Assembly (NCBI GenBank): GCA_029717555.1
Contig: JAMDHS010000017.1
Span: 248,001 to 294,108 of the forward strand
Direction of reading: 5' to 3'
Source of the DNA: Peribolospora baueri
Taxonomy: Eukaryota
DNA length: 46,108 nucleotides
Shown: positions 22,457-34,321 of the stretch, piece after piece
How positions within the stretch are numbered: position 1 is the stretch's first letter
Layout: each line of letters opens with the position of its first letter
Position numbers and translations under genes: made by a program
The notes under the pieces: generated by a model
Databases searched by the model: none
The model's input: the letters and a program-made list of their open reading frames with translations, nothing else
Told to the model about the DNA's origin: nothing

Positions 22457-25400
22457 TCAATAGCACACGTCATCCAGGACGTCTTGGCTTTGTCGCAGTA
22501 ATCTGGCCGCCAAGCCAGACACCTTGGCTCGCGCCGTCTGATACCTTGTGGATGCAAGGTCCCTCTGCAGATCGCGAAGCAAAGGGCCGTATAGGGCTGG
22601 CTTGCGGGACAAAATTGCAAGGAAGGCGTGCTTGCCAAGCCTGCTCAAAGCCAAAAGCTCACGTCAGGTCCAACGAGCAACCAAGAAATGAGGGCGCTCA
22701 GCATGATTGTGTCGGCGCTCACCAGACCACGCAATTGTGTTGCACAAGACATGAGACTTCCATATTCCTCGTGACGGCTCCTTGTGCCCGATTACGTAGG
22801 GCGATGTAACTGTAATGTGCCGCCTGCTCGATCGCATCTGTGTTCCCAGCGTTTGGCAAAGATAAAATGGACGCTGCGTCATCAGTCGCCTCCTCCTTCG
22901 CACTAGCTTCTGCGTCCGCTAGACTCACTCAGGAAGAACTTCGGCCGTTTCTTTGGGTCCGTCCCCCAGGAACGCAGGTACGTGTGGTACTTCATGGCTG
23001 TTATAAGAAAGTTTTGATACACGTTCGTGTAGACGCCCGTAATACTGTTGAACGACGTGTCATTGAAGATGAGGTGCGACTTGCTCTTCGCAGCCCTGGT
23101 AGAAGGCGTGGACAACATGGGCGCCGGAAAGTGAGACTGAGCAAGGGCCATGAGAAAAGAAAAAGAACAGCATTCCTAACAACGGCACTGCGACGCACTG
23201 CAGCATTTTGTATATGAAGGTATTGCCCGGTCGACGACTGTATTCGACCGTTAACGTGTCGCCAACGTCTTTCCCCCATACAGCTCAGCAGTTGTCAGCC
23301 CCTCAAAACCACTGCCAAAGCCGCCAAGAGCATCCAAAGACAACTACTCACGAGACGCAGTATAGCGGCTGAGATCAGCACTTACATGCAACCTACTGGT
23401 GTCAATCAGGTAGCCACACCACGGAAACTCTGGAGGAAAGAATAAAGAATCAGTATTGTCTGATCCAACGAGCCGGTTGGCGGGGATTTGACCGGAGATT
23501 ATAACCAAATCTCACCTGCGGTTTCGACCTTCGCCACCCTCTCGATTCCGTCCAATGAAATATCAAAATTGACCAACGTCTTCTCATGGGAGATAAAGGC
23601 GCCGTATTCAGAGTGACCTGAAGCCAACAGAGTATGATGAACACTGGCATTCTCCCTATGAGTACCTTCGCGGAAGGGCTCACCTTGGTTCATAGTCCGC
23701 AGAAATTCGATAGCGTGAGCCTTGTTGGCCGATACAAACAAGAAGTCATCTACAAAACGGAGCAGTATCTGGAAAAAACACAAATTGCTTGCGGTCAGCA
23801 TAGCATATCACCAGAGAGTGAATATGCCTGCCACATTTCCCTCACATTGTCCGCATTATTGACGTAACCGAGCTTGTGCTTCTCTAGATCAGCATAAAAG
23901 AAGCTGGTGGCAATAACGTGGCCGGGTCAGGCTAGCGAAAAGCTCAACTCGAGAGGAAAGCATGCGAACCTGCAAAGAAGAGTCGACAGCACTGATCCTT
24001 GGGGAATGCCGACCTTCTGTTTGTAGAAATCCGCACCGATCTGAAACGAAAAGGGTCAATTCAGACAGGATTCGGGTGACGAATGTGCTACGCAACATAC
24101 CTTAATGATATTCTCTGTGATATGCTCTTCAAGAAGCTGGAGGACGGCCTTCCGCTTCTGAAAACTGTAGACCACCTACGTGCAGGAAAAAAGCAAGGAG
24201 TTAAGCCGAACAAACTCCAACCCTAACTTGAACGGGTTTGACGTACCTGGTCAACGAAGATCGTATGTCGAAGAGAGGCCGCGAGCTCTGCAGCTAGTTC
24301 AGGGAATGGGATATGTTCGTCTAGAGACGAGAGACGTTAAATGCATCAATGATCTCGCACACACGAACGAAGGAACCGCCTATGCACGCACAATCTGGAC
24401 AAGCTCGCTGCATCCGACTTTTGCTGAATCTCCCCGCAGTTGGAACAACCTGCGAGTATTTTTGAAGCATGTACGCGTCCTGCATGGCCCACAGGTTGTC
24501 TACCTCAGCTGCCCGTTCTCAATGATAAGCAGCGCGACCAGCGCTGCCACATACCTCACTCAACAACGTCCTGACGATGTGCAGCAGCTTCGCCTGGTCG
24601 ATGGTGTCGAAGCAGCATCGAACGTCGACCTTCACAAAATACAACTTGGGCCTGTAGCATGTTGAACGTTGTACACACTAAGTCGTTACGCCCAAGTTCC
24701 TTCGGAGTGGCATCCTTGCGTAACACACCTGGCAGAACCGCCTTGTCCAATCCGAAGTTGAAAAGCTTTCAACTTCTGATAAATCTCGTTAGGGCCAAGA
24801 ACCGAGGCGCCAAGTAGGTTTGGATGACGATTCTGGACAGTGTCAGATGGATGATCAGCCAGTTGTTCTCCCTGACGAGGGCTTGTCATATATGAGATGA
24901 CATACCTTCTCGAATGTCAATATGTGGAAAGCGGATTGAAGGATTTGGTTGATTGAAGGAGCCAAGCTAGTGCCATCATCAGAAACCTTGACGGCAGGAC
25001 GTCGTTGAGCGTTCAATCGGCTAAACAATTCCACCCTCGATAAAAATCCATGCATCATTCTTACCATTGCTCTGCCTCGACGTCGCAGATTTACAATCGG
25101 TCGGACCCCTGTCTCCTTCGGCAGAAGGCGAACGTAGGAATAACCCAGCTGTCGAGCAGTGAGCTTCTTCTTGGCCTCATCCTGCCCGAATTAGAAGTGA
25201 GAGTGTCAGCAAACGTCACAAAAAACATACAAAGCTATGCTCACCATCTCGAGGGGCTCAAATACGCTTTGCGAGAGTCTAGCTACTATCGGCCGACAGA
25301 TTGTTGCCCAATCGTCTTGACGGAAGTACAAGACCCGGTTCCGATATGCTGACGACTCGGTGACGTAGAAGGTTGTCTGTGAACAAGACGTAGAGACAAA

Positions 25401-28255
25401 TATCAGCATGCCAAAAGAGATCGCTCGAGTAAGTTAGACAGAATATATCTTACACGAAGAAGCGGGATAAGCCAACCGTCGAAAAGCCAGTAAAGGAGTT
25501 CCGCGATTAACTCCCTGCGTTTCGTCTCCTCAGCGACGTTTGTGCGTTGGGACCGTGCCCTAGCCTTTGCCGGCAAAAGCCATTCACAGTCGGAGGGATG
25601 AAAACTCTGCAAGACAGCATGCAACGTGAGTGTCTCGAAACGTCGAAGACGGATGAACTTGTCGATATCTGGGAAGGTATCAAAGAATATGAATTCAGTC
25701 TTCCACGTCTACTACGTTCACCGCAGAAATGTGACATAGAAAGAGATACAAACGGTGTGAAACGACGTCGAGATTCCTTTGCGAGCCCCATAGCTCGAAC
25801 GGAATGACGTTCTTGACCACGGCGATTGCGAATCTCGAGACCTGTTGAACAAGTAATAAAAGACATGACTTGCGGAAACGCTACGAAGGTCTGCAAGAGT
25901 AAACTAACCAGACCGGCGCTTTGAGCAAATTCCTTGAACTTTGGCCTTTCTTTTCGACGTTCATTAGCAGCTCGCCTTCCCGCAGTTTGCTGTATCTGGC
26001 TGGCGTGGGATACGTCGAAGGTTATGTCTGAGCGAGAGACTTGAGTGCCTGGTACAAGAACGCTCGACATAGTCGAGAGACTGGCGTTGGTGCCGGTAGG
26101 CGCCGTGCCGTCTATTTGCGGAGGCTCCTCCATCAGTTCCTGTCATGAAATCATCATTCGGTACCAGACGGAAAATATAAGCCCTTACTTCTGAGGTCCT
26201 GAGCACTGTCAAGAACTCTCAGAATCACGCACCAGAATTTCCGCCTTCGTACCTTCGGTCAAGATGTTCTCGGATCTTTCAGATTCATCACCCTGTCTAC
26301 GGCGTTGAATGGCACTCGGGCAAAATATGGAGAGCATCCGCCTATAGTTGCATGCGTCGTGTCGCTTGATAAAGCGGCGGATCAATCGCAGTACGCACTT
26401 GAGCCGCTGCGGGGTCTTTACAGCACCAAGGGCCTGCCGGAATGATTGCATCAGACTCTTCGTTCCAGCATCCGAACCTACAGAGGGACCCTTTGCTCAC
26501 CTTGATTTCCCGCTCCATGCCTTCATAATCTGCCGTTTGCGCAGAAAAAGACCTCCGTTTCGTCCTGCCAACGAAGACGTTAGGCAACCCGTACTGACGA
26601 GGGAAGATGTATTTAAGTAGGTGCAGCGCTCTGCGTTGTAAGGCAGCGTCGCACTTTGGTCGTATCCCTTCCTTCCTTTCAACTGACGTGGTGGAGTCTC
26701 CTGAGAGATCCACGGGAACTCCGCCAGCCTCTACCCTAGCTTGTGACGTCTCCGTACTGAAGAGCCCGTGGCTTCGGCGAAAAGGTGTATTTTTGCCCTG
26801 ACTATTTCGGTTCAAGCCGTCTGAGTAGCAATATCACGCGCAGCCGATGTTAGAGAGAAGCATCAATACACATGCACTGAAATGTTCGACAGGCTTGATA
26901 CTCACGCATGAGGGGCAATCCAGCCACAACCTTCCCTGACCTATCTCGGACAGGGCGGGCATAAAAGAGGCGTGACCGGACAAAAACAATGTCCGACGGA
27001 CCTTTACTGCAAAGCAAAGCCCTTGGGAAATGAGAAGACTGGATGAAGGCATTGCGACAGCAGTCTTCCATGACAGCTCACATCGCATTGGCCCTCGTAT
27101 CGTTAGCCTTGCGCTTGATACCGCCTCCTGAATTGCTCGTAGAGCCCAACGAGCCTGAAGTGTTCGCTGAGCTCTGCCGGCTCAGAGAACGACACGCCTG
27201 CGCTCTTTCGTCCTTCGCGGGAGAGAGCTTGGTACAAGGCAGTCTCGCAGGCACGACATTTGATATAGAATCTGGCAAAAGTCCACCATCGCCAAACGCA
27301 TTTTTACAGTTTATACGTCCTCGATCTTGTCCAAGGAATCCATCACCGAAAGACCTTGATGTTTTTCTTTCTGGTTCATAGTCGAGCAGGGGGCCGCAGA
27401 CCTGGTAGAAGCAGCCGTTGGGCAGAGGCAGAAAAAGAGACGTTTGACACAGAATATGCAAGAGAGGGGCGGGTCCGAGGCTGAATAACGCCAGCAATGT
27501 TGAATTGTGCAAGGGTCAGTGACGAGTCTGATCAAGACATCGGTGAAAGGATCATACCGTTCGAGTAGCAACTTCCACTCGGAACTTGCAAGGCTGGTGA
27601 CGATGGTATTGGTGAAGAAGTTCGCGACGCCCGTTCGAACAAAGGTTGGTTTGGAAGTTTCACCCCGCTTTTGAGCCTGTAAGAGGGCAGCCAGGATTAG
27701 ACGAAAAGGTACAGGTTCTATCAAAGGTCTAATAGCCAGAGCTTAGAAAACGTCGAGCTGCGTACATCTCGATAGCCAAGACAAAGTACGTTTGTGCCAT
27801 GCGACCTTTCCTTGCTGCGAGAGAGGAGCTTAGAATGGGCGCGGTCGATAATCTGACCTCACCAGCGTCAGCGTCAATAGTGTTTGGTCAGTCGCTCACG
27901 AATAGAAGCGAGAGGGCGTGCCACACACCTCTTCCATGGAGACGCCAGTATCGTCCCGCCTGAGGTCCTTCCAAGCTCCCTTGAGATAAGCCATATCTTC
28001 TGGGCTTGCTCCACGATCGTCCAGACCTACTAGGGCGTTCATTAACATGGACTTGTAACGGTTGTCATCACTCGACGTGAATACCGTCTGGAACAGGGCA
28101 GACGGCAAAACAATTTGAAGGTAGGCCGGAAGCGGAAGGACCAAAGCATAGAAGCGGCTAAGAATGGCGCTACTGACAGAGGTCGACGGCGAAAGGCTGT
28201 TTCTGTCTGCTGAAGGCGGAAGCCGAAGCCGGCCTGTGCCTTTGCTCTCCCCCAT
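22457..28255 (-). CDS. TERT: Telomerase reverse transcriptase, multi-exon, apparently full length
   Basis: TEN motifs NVLCLGYR and LFLPLPNGCFYQVCG; CP motif RHDACNYRRMLSIFCPS; T motif FYVTESSAYRNRVLYFRQDDW; motifs 1/2 YVRLLPKETGVRPIVNL; A YFVKVDVRCCFDTI; B' GIPQGSVLSTLLC; C LLRFVDDFLFVS; E FPWCGYLID; CTE ends ..VLDDVCY*. Confidence 0.96.
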
Positions 28256-28527
28256 GCTCTCGTCCTCGTCGTTCGATGGCTGTGAAACAGGATGGGTTTT
28301 GGTCAGCTAAATGAACGCGACCGCGTAAAGTACCTGCACCCCAGTTGCCACCGCAGCCAGGATGCTTCCCACGGGCCGGGGCTTGGAAGTTTCCGAGTCA
28401 GTGGAAGACGTACACAGTGAGTGACTTGAAGAACGACTCGTGCGCCAACGTCGGCGTTACTCTCTCTGTCTCCTCCCTTGTTCGTTCCTTTTAAATCTCG
28501 TTTCAGAGAGAAAGTTGTCGGGTCGCC
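28256..28527. promoter_or_regulatory. Probable bidirectional promoter shared by TERT and IleRS
   Basis: Only 272 bp between the divergent start codons (28255 minus, 28528 plus). Confidence 0.55.
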
Positions 28528-31500
28528 ATGTCGTTCCCAGCGCACGATGGTGAGTGGTTAGCTGACTGGTTTAGTACTACGCCCAGGAAAGCTGATCGCG
28601 GTCGGTATCTCATTACTGCTTGCGCAGTGTCCGCCGTGTTCAACTTCGCCGAGGAGGAAAAGAAGGTGCTGGCTTATTGGCGAGAGATCGATGCTTTCAA
28701 CACTCAGCTCAAGCAGTCGGAAGGGAGGAAACGGTTTTCCTTCTATGATGGTCCCCCATTTGCTACCGGTCTGCCCCACTACGGTCATTTGACTATGGGC
28801 ACAGTCAAGGTGAGGCTCAAGAGCCCGAGAGCATGCCTGGTCACCTTGTTCTCAAATTTGCTTGCTGCTTTCTGCTTGTGCTGCTGTGACAGGACATTGT
28901 GACACGTTATGCCCATGCTTCCGGTTACCACGTCGAGCGCAGGTTCGGTTGGGACTGTCATGGACTGCCCGTCGAGCACGAGATCGACAAAATGCTTGGC
29001 ATCAAGGGCAAGGAGGATGTCTTAGCCATGGGCATCGACAAATACAATGCAGAGTGCCGGAAGATCGTCATGCGCTACTCGACGGAATGGCGAAGGACAG
29101 TGGAGAGGATGGGAAGGTGGATTGACTTCGATCACGATTACAAGACCATGCATACAAGCTTCATGGAGAGCGTGTGGTGGGTCTTTGGACAGCTCTTCAA
29201 GAAGGACCTAGTGTACCGAGGATTGCGCGTCATGCCGTATTCCACGGCTTGCACCACGCCTCTTTCTAACTTCGAGGCTGCCTCGGACTATCGCGAAGTG
29301 CAAGACCCTGCTGGTTAGTCCAGTTGCTTGATCCCCTGCGTCCGCTTGACTTATTGCTTCTGTAGTGTGGTAGCTTACTCATTGCCGTGCGCTGCCATGT
29401 GCTGCAGTCACCATCTCCTTCCCGCTTCTCTCCGATCCCTCCACGGCTCTTCTGGCTTGGACGACAACGCCTTGGACGCTGCCTTCAAACCTTGCCCTCT
29501 GCGTACATCCTGACTTTACCTACATCAAGGTCTTCGATGAGGAGAGGAAGCAGAATTTCATTATTCACGAGAAACTTCTCACGACTCTGTACAAGGACCC
29601 GAAGAAGGCCAAATTCAAGAAGGTCGGCAGCTACAAAGGCGCCGAGATGGCAGGCTGGAAGTACGAGCCCGTATTCGATTATTTCAAAGATCAGGTGGGA
29701 TCTCAGGCCTCGGCTCCTGCTTCAACACGTCGAAGCTTATTTTCTTCTCATTGCCACATCAGTACCAGGATAAGGCTTTCCGAGTGTTGGTGGACACGTA
29801 CGTCTCGGATGACAGTGGTACCGGCATTGTTCACCAGGCCCCTGCCTTCGGTGACGATGACCACCGTATCGCTATTAGCAATGGTGTCGTGCGTAACGAC
29901 GAAATGCCTCCTTGTCCGGTCAACGAATCTGGCAAGTTCACGGCGGAAGTTAAGGATTACGCTGGCGTTCACGTGAAGGTAAATTTGTTGGAGTGCACAG
30001 CATCCTAAAAGAGCAAGGGCAAATAAATGACATCTTGACTTCCGTCGTCGTCGGTGGTACAGGAGGCGGACAAGCAGATTCAGAAAGACCTTAAAGCTCG
30101 CGGTCGACTTATCGTGCAAGAGACCATTCGCCACCCGTACCCCTACTGTTGGCGGTCTGGGACGCCGCTCATCTACAAGGCTATCCCCGTCTGGTTCGTG
30201 CGCGTCCAGCCGGCTGTCGACAAACTAGTTGAGAATAACATGCAGACGCGATGGTGAGAGCGATATGTTCGGATCATTCTTCTTGCGTCATTTTTCTTGT
30301 GCGCTCCTTCCCTTCTGATCCTCTTTGTGATGCTTGTCCGCAGGGTCCCGAATGCGGTGAAGGAGAAGAAGTTTGGCAATTGGCTGGCTAATGCCCGAGA
30401 CTGGAACATTTCACGCAATCGCTACTGGGGTACGCCCATTCCACTTTGGGTTAGCGACGACCTGCAAGAGGTCGTCTGCATCTCTTCCGTCGCCGAGCTC
30501 GAGCGACTTTCTGGTGTGACCGGTATAACCGACCTGCACCGTGATAAGATCGATCACATCACCATCCCGAGTCAAAAAGGTACGGGTGTATTGAGGAGGA
30601 TCGAAGAAGTTTTCGACTGCTGGTTCGAGAGCGGAAGGTAAGAGCATTCTTCTCTTCCATTTAAGAGGGTACCAGCTGTCTGTGATGTCGCGTTGCTGAA
30701 AACTCGGTTCATTTTGCAGCATGCCGTACGCACAGGTACACTACCCCTTTGAGAACAAGGAGAAGTTTGAGGCCTCCTTCCCAGCCGATTTTGTCTCAGA
30801 AGGCCTCGATCAGACCCGTGGCTGGTTCTACACCCTCCTCATTCTCTCTACCCACCTCTTTGGTACGGCACCGTGGAAGAATCTGATCGTGAGCGGGCTG
30901 GTCCTGGCAGCGTGAGTAATCGTCTCGGACCACCCGTTTAGCATGTTGGCACACGCTTACCGGTTTAATACGTTGACAGGGATGGAAAGAAGATGTCGAA
31001 GAGCTTGAAGAACTACCCTGACCCGACCGGTATCATGGATATGTTTGGCGCCGATGCTTTGCGGCTCTACCTTATCAACTCTCCTATCGTCCGCGCTGAG
31101 AACCTCAGGTTCCGCGAGGACGGTGTTAAGGAAGTCGTCAGCCGTGTCTTCTTGCCTTGGTTGAACTCCTTCCGCTTCCTGCTTGGTCAGGTTGCCCTCC
31201 TGAAGAAGGAGACGGGCATTGACTTCAAATATGATGGCCATGCGCCGAAGTCCAACAACGTGATGGACAGGTGGATTTTGGCTCGATGCCAAAGCCTAAT
31301 CAAGCTTGTGAAAGAGGAGATGAACGGTGAGGTTACTATATTAGGTCCTTTCTAGGCGGAAAATAGTACATTAATAGCTGACTTGACAATTCGACCCGTC
31401 CGCGCTTGCAGCCTACCGACTTTACACGGTGGTTCCCCGCCTTCTGAACCTCATCGACGAGCTCACCAATTGGTACATTCGCTTCAATCGCAGGCGGCTC

Positions 31501-32654
31501 AAGGGCGAGAACGGACCGGATGACACTTTCTTGGCTCTCAACTCCCTCTTCGAGACTCTCTTGACACTCTGTCGTACGATGGTCAGTGTTTTGCTGTCCC
31601 CACTTCTCTGAGACTTCATGCTTTGTTTAATCGTTCTCATCTTCACGTATTCCCTTTCTCAACGGCAGTCATCCTTTACCCCTTTCCTCACCGAGAATCT
31701 GTATCAAGGTCTCCGTGCCTTCATGCCCCAAGCCGACGGGGACGACGATGTCCGTTCCGTTCACTTCCTGAGCTTCCCCGAGGTGAAGGAGGAGTACTTG
31801 GATCCTCTGATTCAGCGTCGCGTACAGAGGATGCAGACAGTCATCGAGCTCACGAGGACTGTCCGTGAGCGGAGGCGCCTTGCCCTAAAGGTAAGCGCCA
31901 ACTTTCTCCATAGTCGTCTGGGGCATGTGGGCCTGATACATATTTTTGTGCAATGATTTTCTTACAGACGCCTCTGAAAGAACTGGTTATCTTCCACCCA
32001 TCTTCCGAGTACCTGGAGGACGTCAAGACGCTTTCCAAATACGTTGAGGAGGAGCTGAACGTGCGGGAGGTCACCTTCACCTCTGACGAAGAGCAGACTG
32101 GCATACGCTACAAGGCGACTGCGGATTGGCCGGTGCTGGGACGCAAGCTGCGCAAGGATGTGACGAAAGTCAAGAACGCCCTACCTAACCTTCTCAGCGG
32201 CGATGTTAAGGGCTACCTCGAGACAGGCAAGGTCCAAGTGGATGGGATCGAGCTCGTTCAGGGTGACCTTAACGTGGTGCGTTTCGTTGAACTGGAGACG
32301 GGCAGCCGATTCGACACAAACACGGACTCGGACGTCGTTATACTCCTTGACATCAAGGTGCACCCGGAGCTCGAGGCCGAGGGTACGGCGAGGGAGGTGA
32401 TCAATCGTATCCAACGGCTTCGGAAGAAGGCGGGCCTCCAGGCGACGGATGAGATCGATGCGTACTACCGCTTCGAGCAAGGTCTTGGGGAGGCTCTGGA
32501 GGAAGTTATCAAGAGTCAGTCCGATCTCATCGCCAAGGCCATTCGCAGAACACCGATGAACGAGGCGCAGAGGCCGAAGACGGCGAAGGTCCTAATCGAG
32601 GAGGAGCAGGAGATCGGTGATACCACATTCGTTCTCTCCCTAGTGCCAGCGTAG
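28528..32654 (+). CDS. ILS1: Cytosolic isoleucyl-tRNA synthetase
   Basis: [16 protein letters not shown] (HIGH motif), [68 protein letters not shown]-terminal [20 protein letters not shown]; stop at 32654. Confidence 0.97.
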
Positions 32655-32731
32655 GCGTGCTAGGTGGTGTCCATGACTCGTTCTGTGCGTAGAGTAGAGG
32701 GCAGTGAGAATTGAGTGGAGCTTCCAATATA

Positions 32732-33534
32732 CAGTCAACCCTGTCTGTTAGCATACGAGTCCATAAGCATACCTTTGCATAGTGTGTAGCGATCTCCCTT
32801 TCCCGCTCCACTGCCGCCGTCTTTGCTCTCGCACTCAAAAACATGCCGCCTATTCCCACCAAGGACACCTCGTCGATCAATTGGGTGAATGTCGGAGAAG
32901 TTGTTCTTCAAGGGATCTGCCGATGAACCGAAGAATCGCGATACGGCAACGTACGCTCAAAAGCTCGCCGTGTTAGACTATCGTCGTGATCCCAAGCGCG
33001 GCGACGGCAATCAGTAGGAGCAGCTCATGTTCTCTAATGGCTGGGTCGAGTCTTTCAAGAAGCGGTATCAGCTACGCTCCCACGTTCTTCACGGTGAAGC
33101 AGGCTCTGGTTGTGACACTGAGGAGAGAGCGCCTGCTGACAGCTTCAAGAAGAACACCATAAATCGGAAAACATCGTACGCCAGCTGCGCTACATCCAGG
33201 AAGCAATTTTCATGAAGCCACGCACGGAGAAGTGGCTCAAGATGCAGCAGGATGTCACTCAACTCAGTCGCACTTTCAAAGAACATGTCAACGAGCAGCG
33301 TAAACAAACCGATCTTCGATAATTCTTTTCTGCACACGCTTCTTCTTGAACATGGTTGTGTTATGACGAGTACATACTCTACAGTAAAGCTTGGAATCCA
33401 TGTCTTGATGGACGCTATCGACTGTGGCAAGGACTGTGGCAACTATGCATATATCACTCTGTATAGTCACTCTCTCGCATACTGCATAGCCCTCGGGCGA
33501 AACATTTGCCAACTGCTTATAGACAGGTTGACGG
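32732..33534 (+). mobile_element. Non-autonomous, internally deleted pogo/Tigger-family DNA transposon (803 bp) with imperfect TIRs and TA flanks
   Basis: Left TA|CAGTCAACCCTGTCTGTTAGCA; right TGCTTATAGACAGGTTGACGG|TA (imperfect reverse complement). Internal relics: ATYAQKLAVLDY..NQ*E in frame with the Tc5-HTH tail FSNGWVESFKKRYQLRSHVLHGEAGS, and C-terminal KQTDLR*FF (PIP-box-like). Confidence 0.85.
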
Positions 33535-34321
33535 TATGCTACATGTCAGGGGCACCTCGCAAGGCCCTTCTGGCTCACACATCCGTTCTGCCTACTCTCC
33601 CGATCTTCCTCGGCAAACTGCTGTCCGCTCGCTGGCCCAGCCGGCGCGAGCCAACTCGTCTCGTGTGGTTAGTCGGTCAGTCAGTTTCATGTTGCGCCTG
33701 CGTCCAGGAATTCCAAGGTGGCATTATTCGCACAGTCCGTGATTCACAAAGCCGTGAATTGACTTGGATAGTTGCGTAGGATGTCAGTAAGTACGGGGCA
33801 CCACACTCCAGCTGCCGCGGTATGTGTGGTGGGTGATATTCGATCCCTGTGTAGCAAGAGGCTATACAGGCGGTCGGCAAGTTGCATCCCGAACCGACGA
33901 TCCTCCTGCCCGTGCCTTTTCTCCGCGTCTAAGGGTAACTAACAAGTAACACCCCGCTCCGACCTCGCCCATTGAACGCTAGACCAATATCCCTCCCGTT
34001 TTGACCGGCTAATAGCCCGTCCACCCGTCCGTGCTATGCCTTTTTTCGGCCGATGGCGGGGTATCAGCCCGTCCAATGTCGTGTGGACGGACGGAGCCCT
34101 CCTTCGTCTTAGCAGCAGCCTCGTTGAGGAGTAAGAACGAGGGGAGGGGCCTGAGCTAACCACCACGGCTCTTAACATGGTTGGATATCGGTCGCCCCAA
34201 CCGTACTTCTTTCTCCAGTTCACTTGTCACCGACTTGCTACTCTCCCCCACACCCCCTACCTTCATTTCTACTATCCTTTCTCGAGGACTCGACGCCCCC
34301 TAACCACGACATTCCTTAAAG

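Noticed and set aside
22457..28255. RT domain as a possible retroelement or novel reverse transcriptase system
   Set aside because: TEN, CP, T motif and CTE plus many spliceosomal introns identify it as host TERT.
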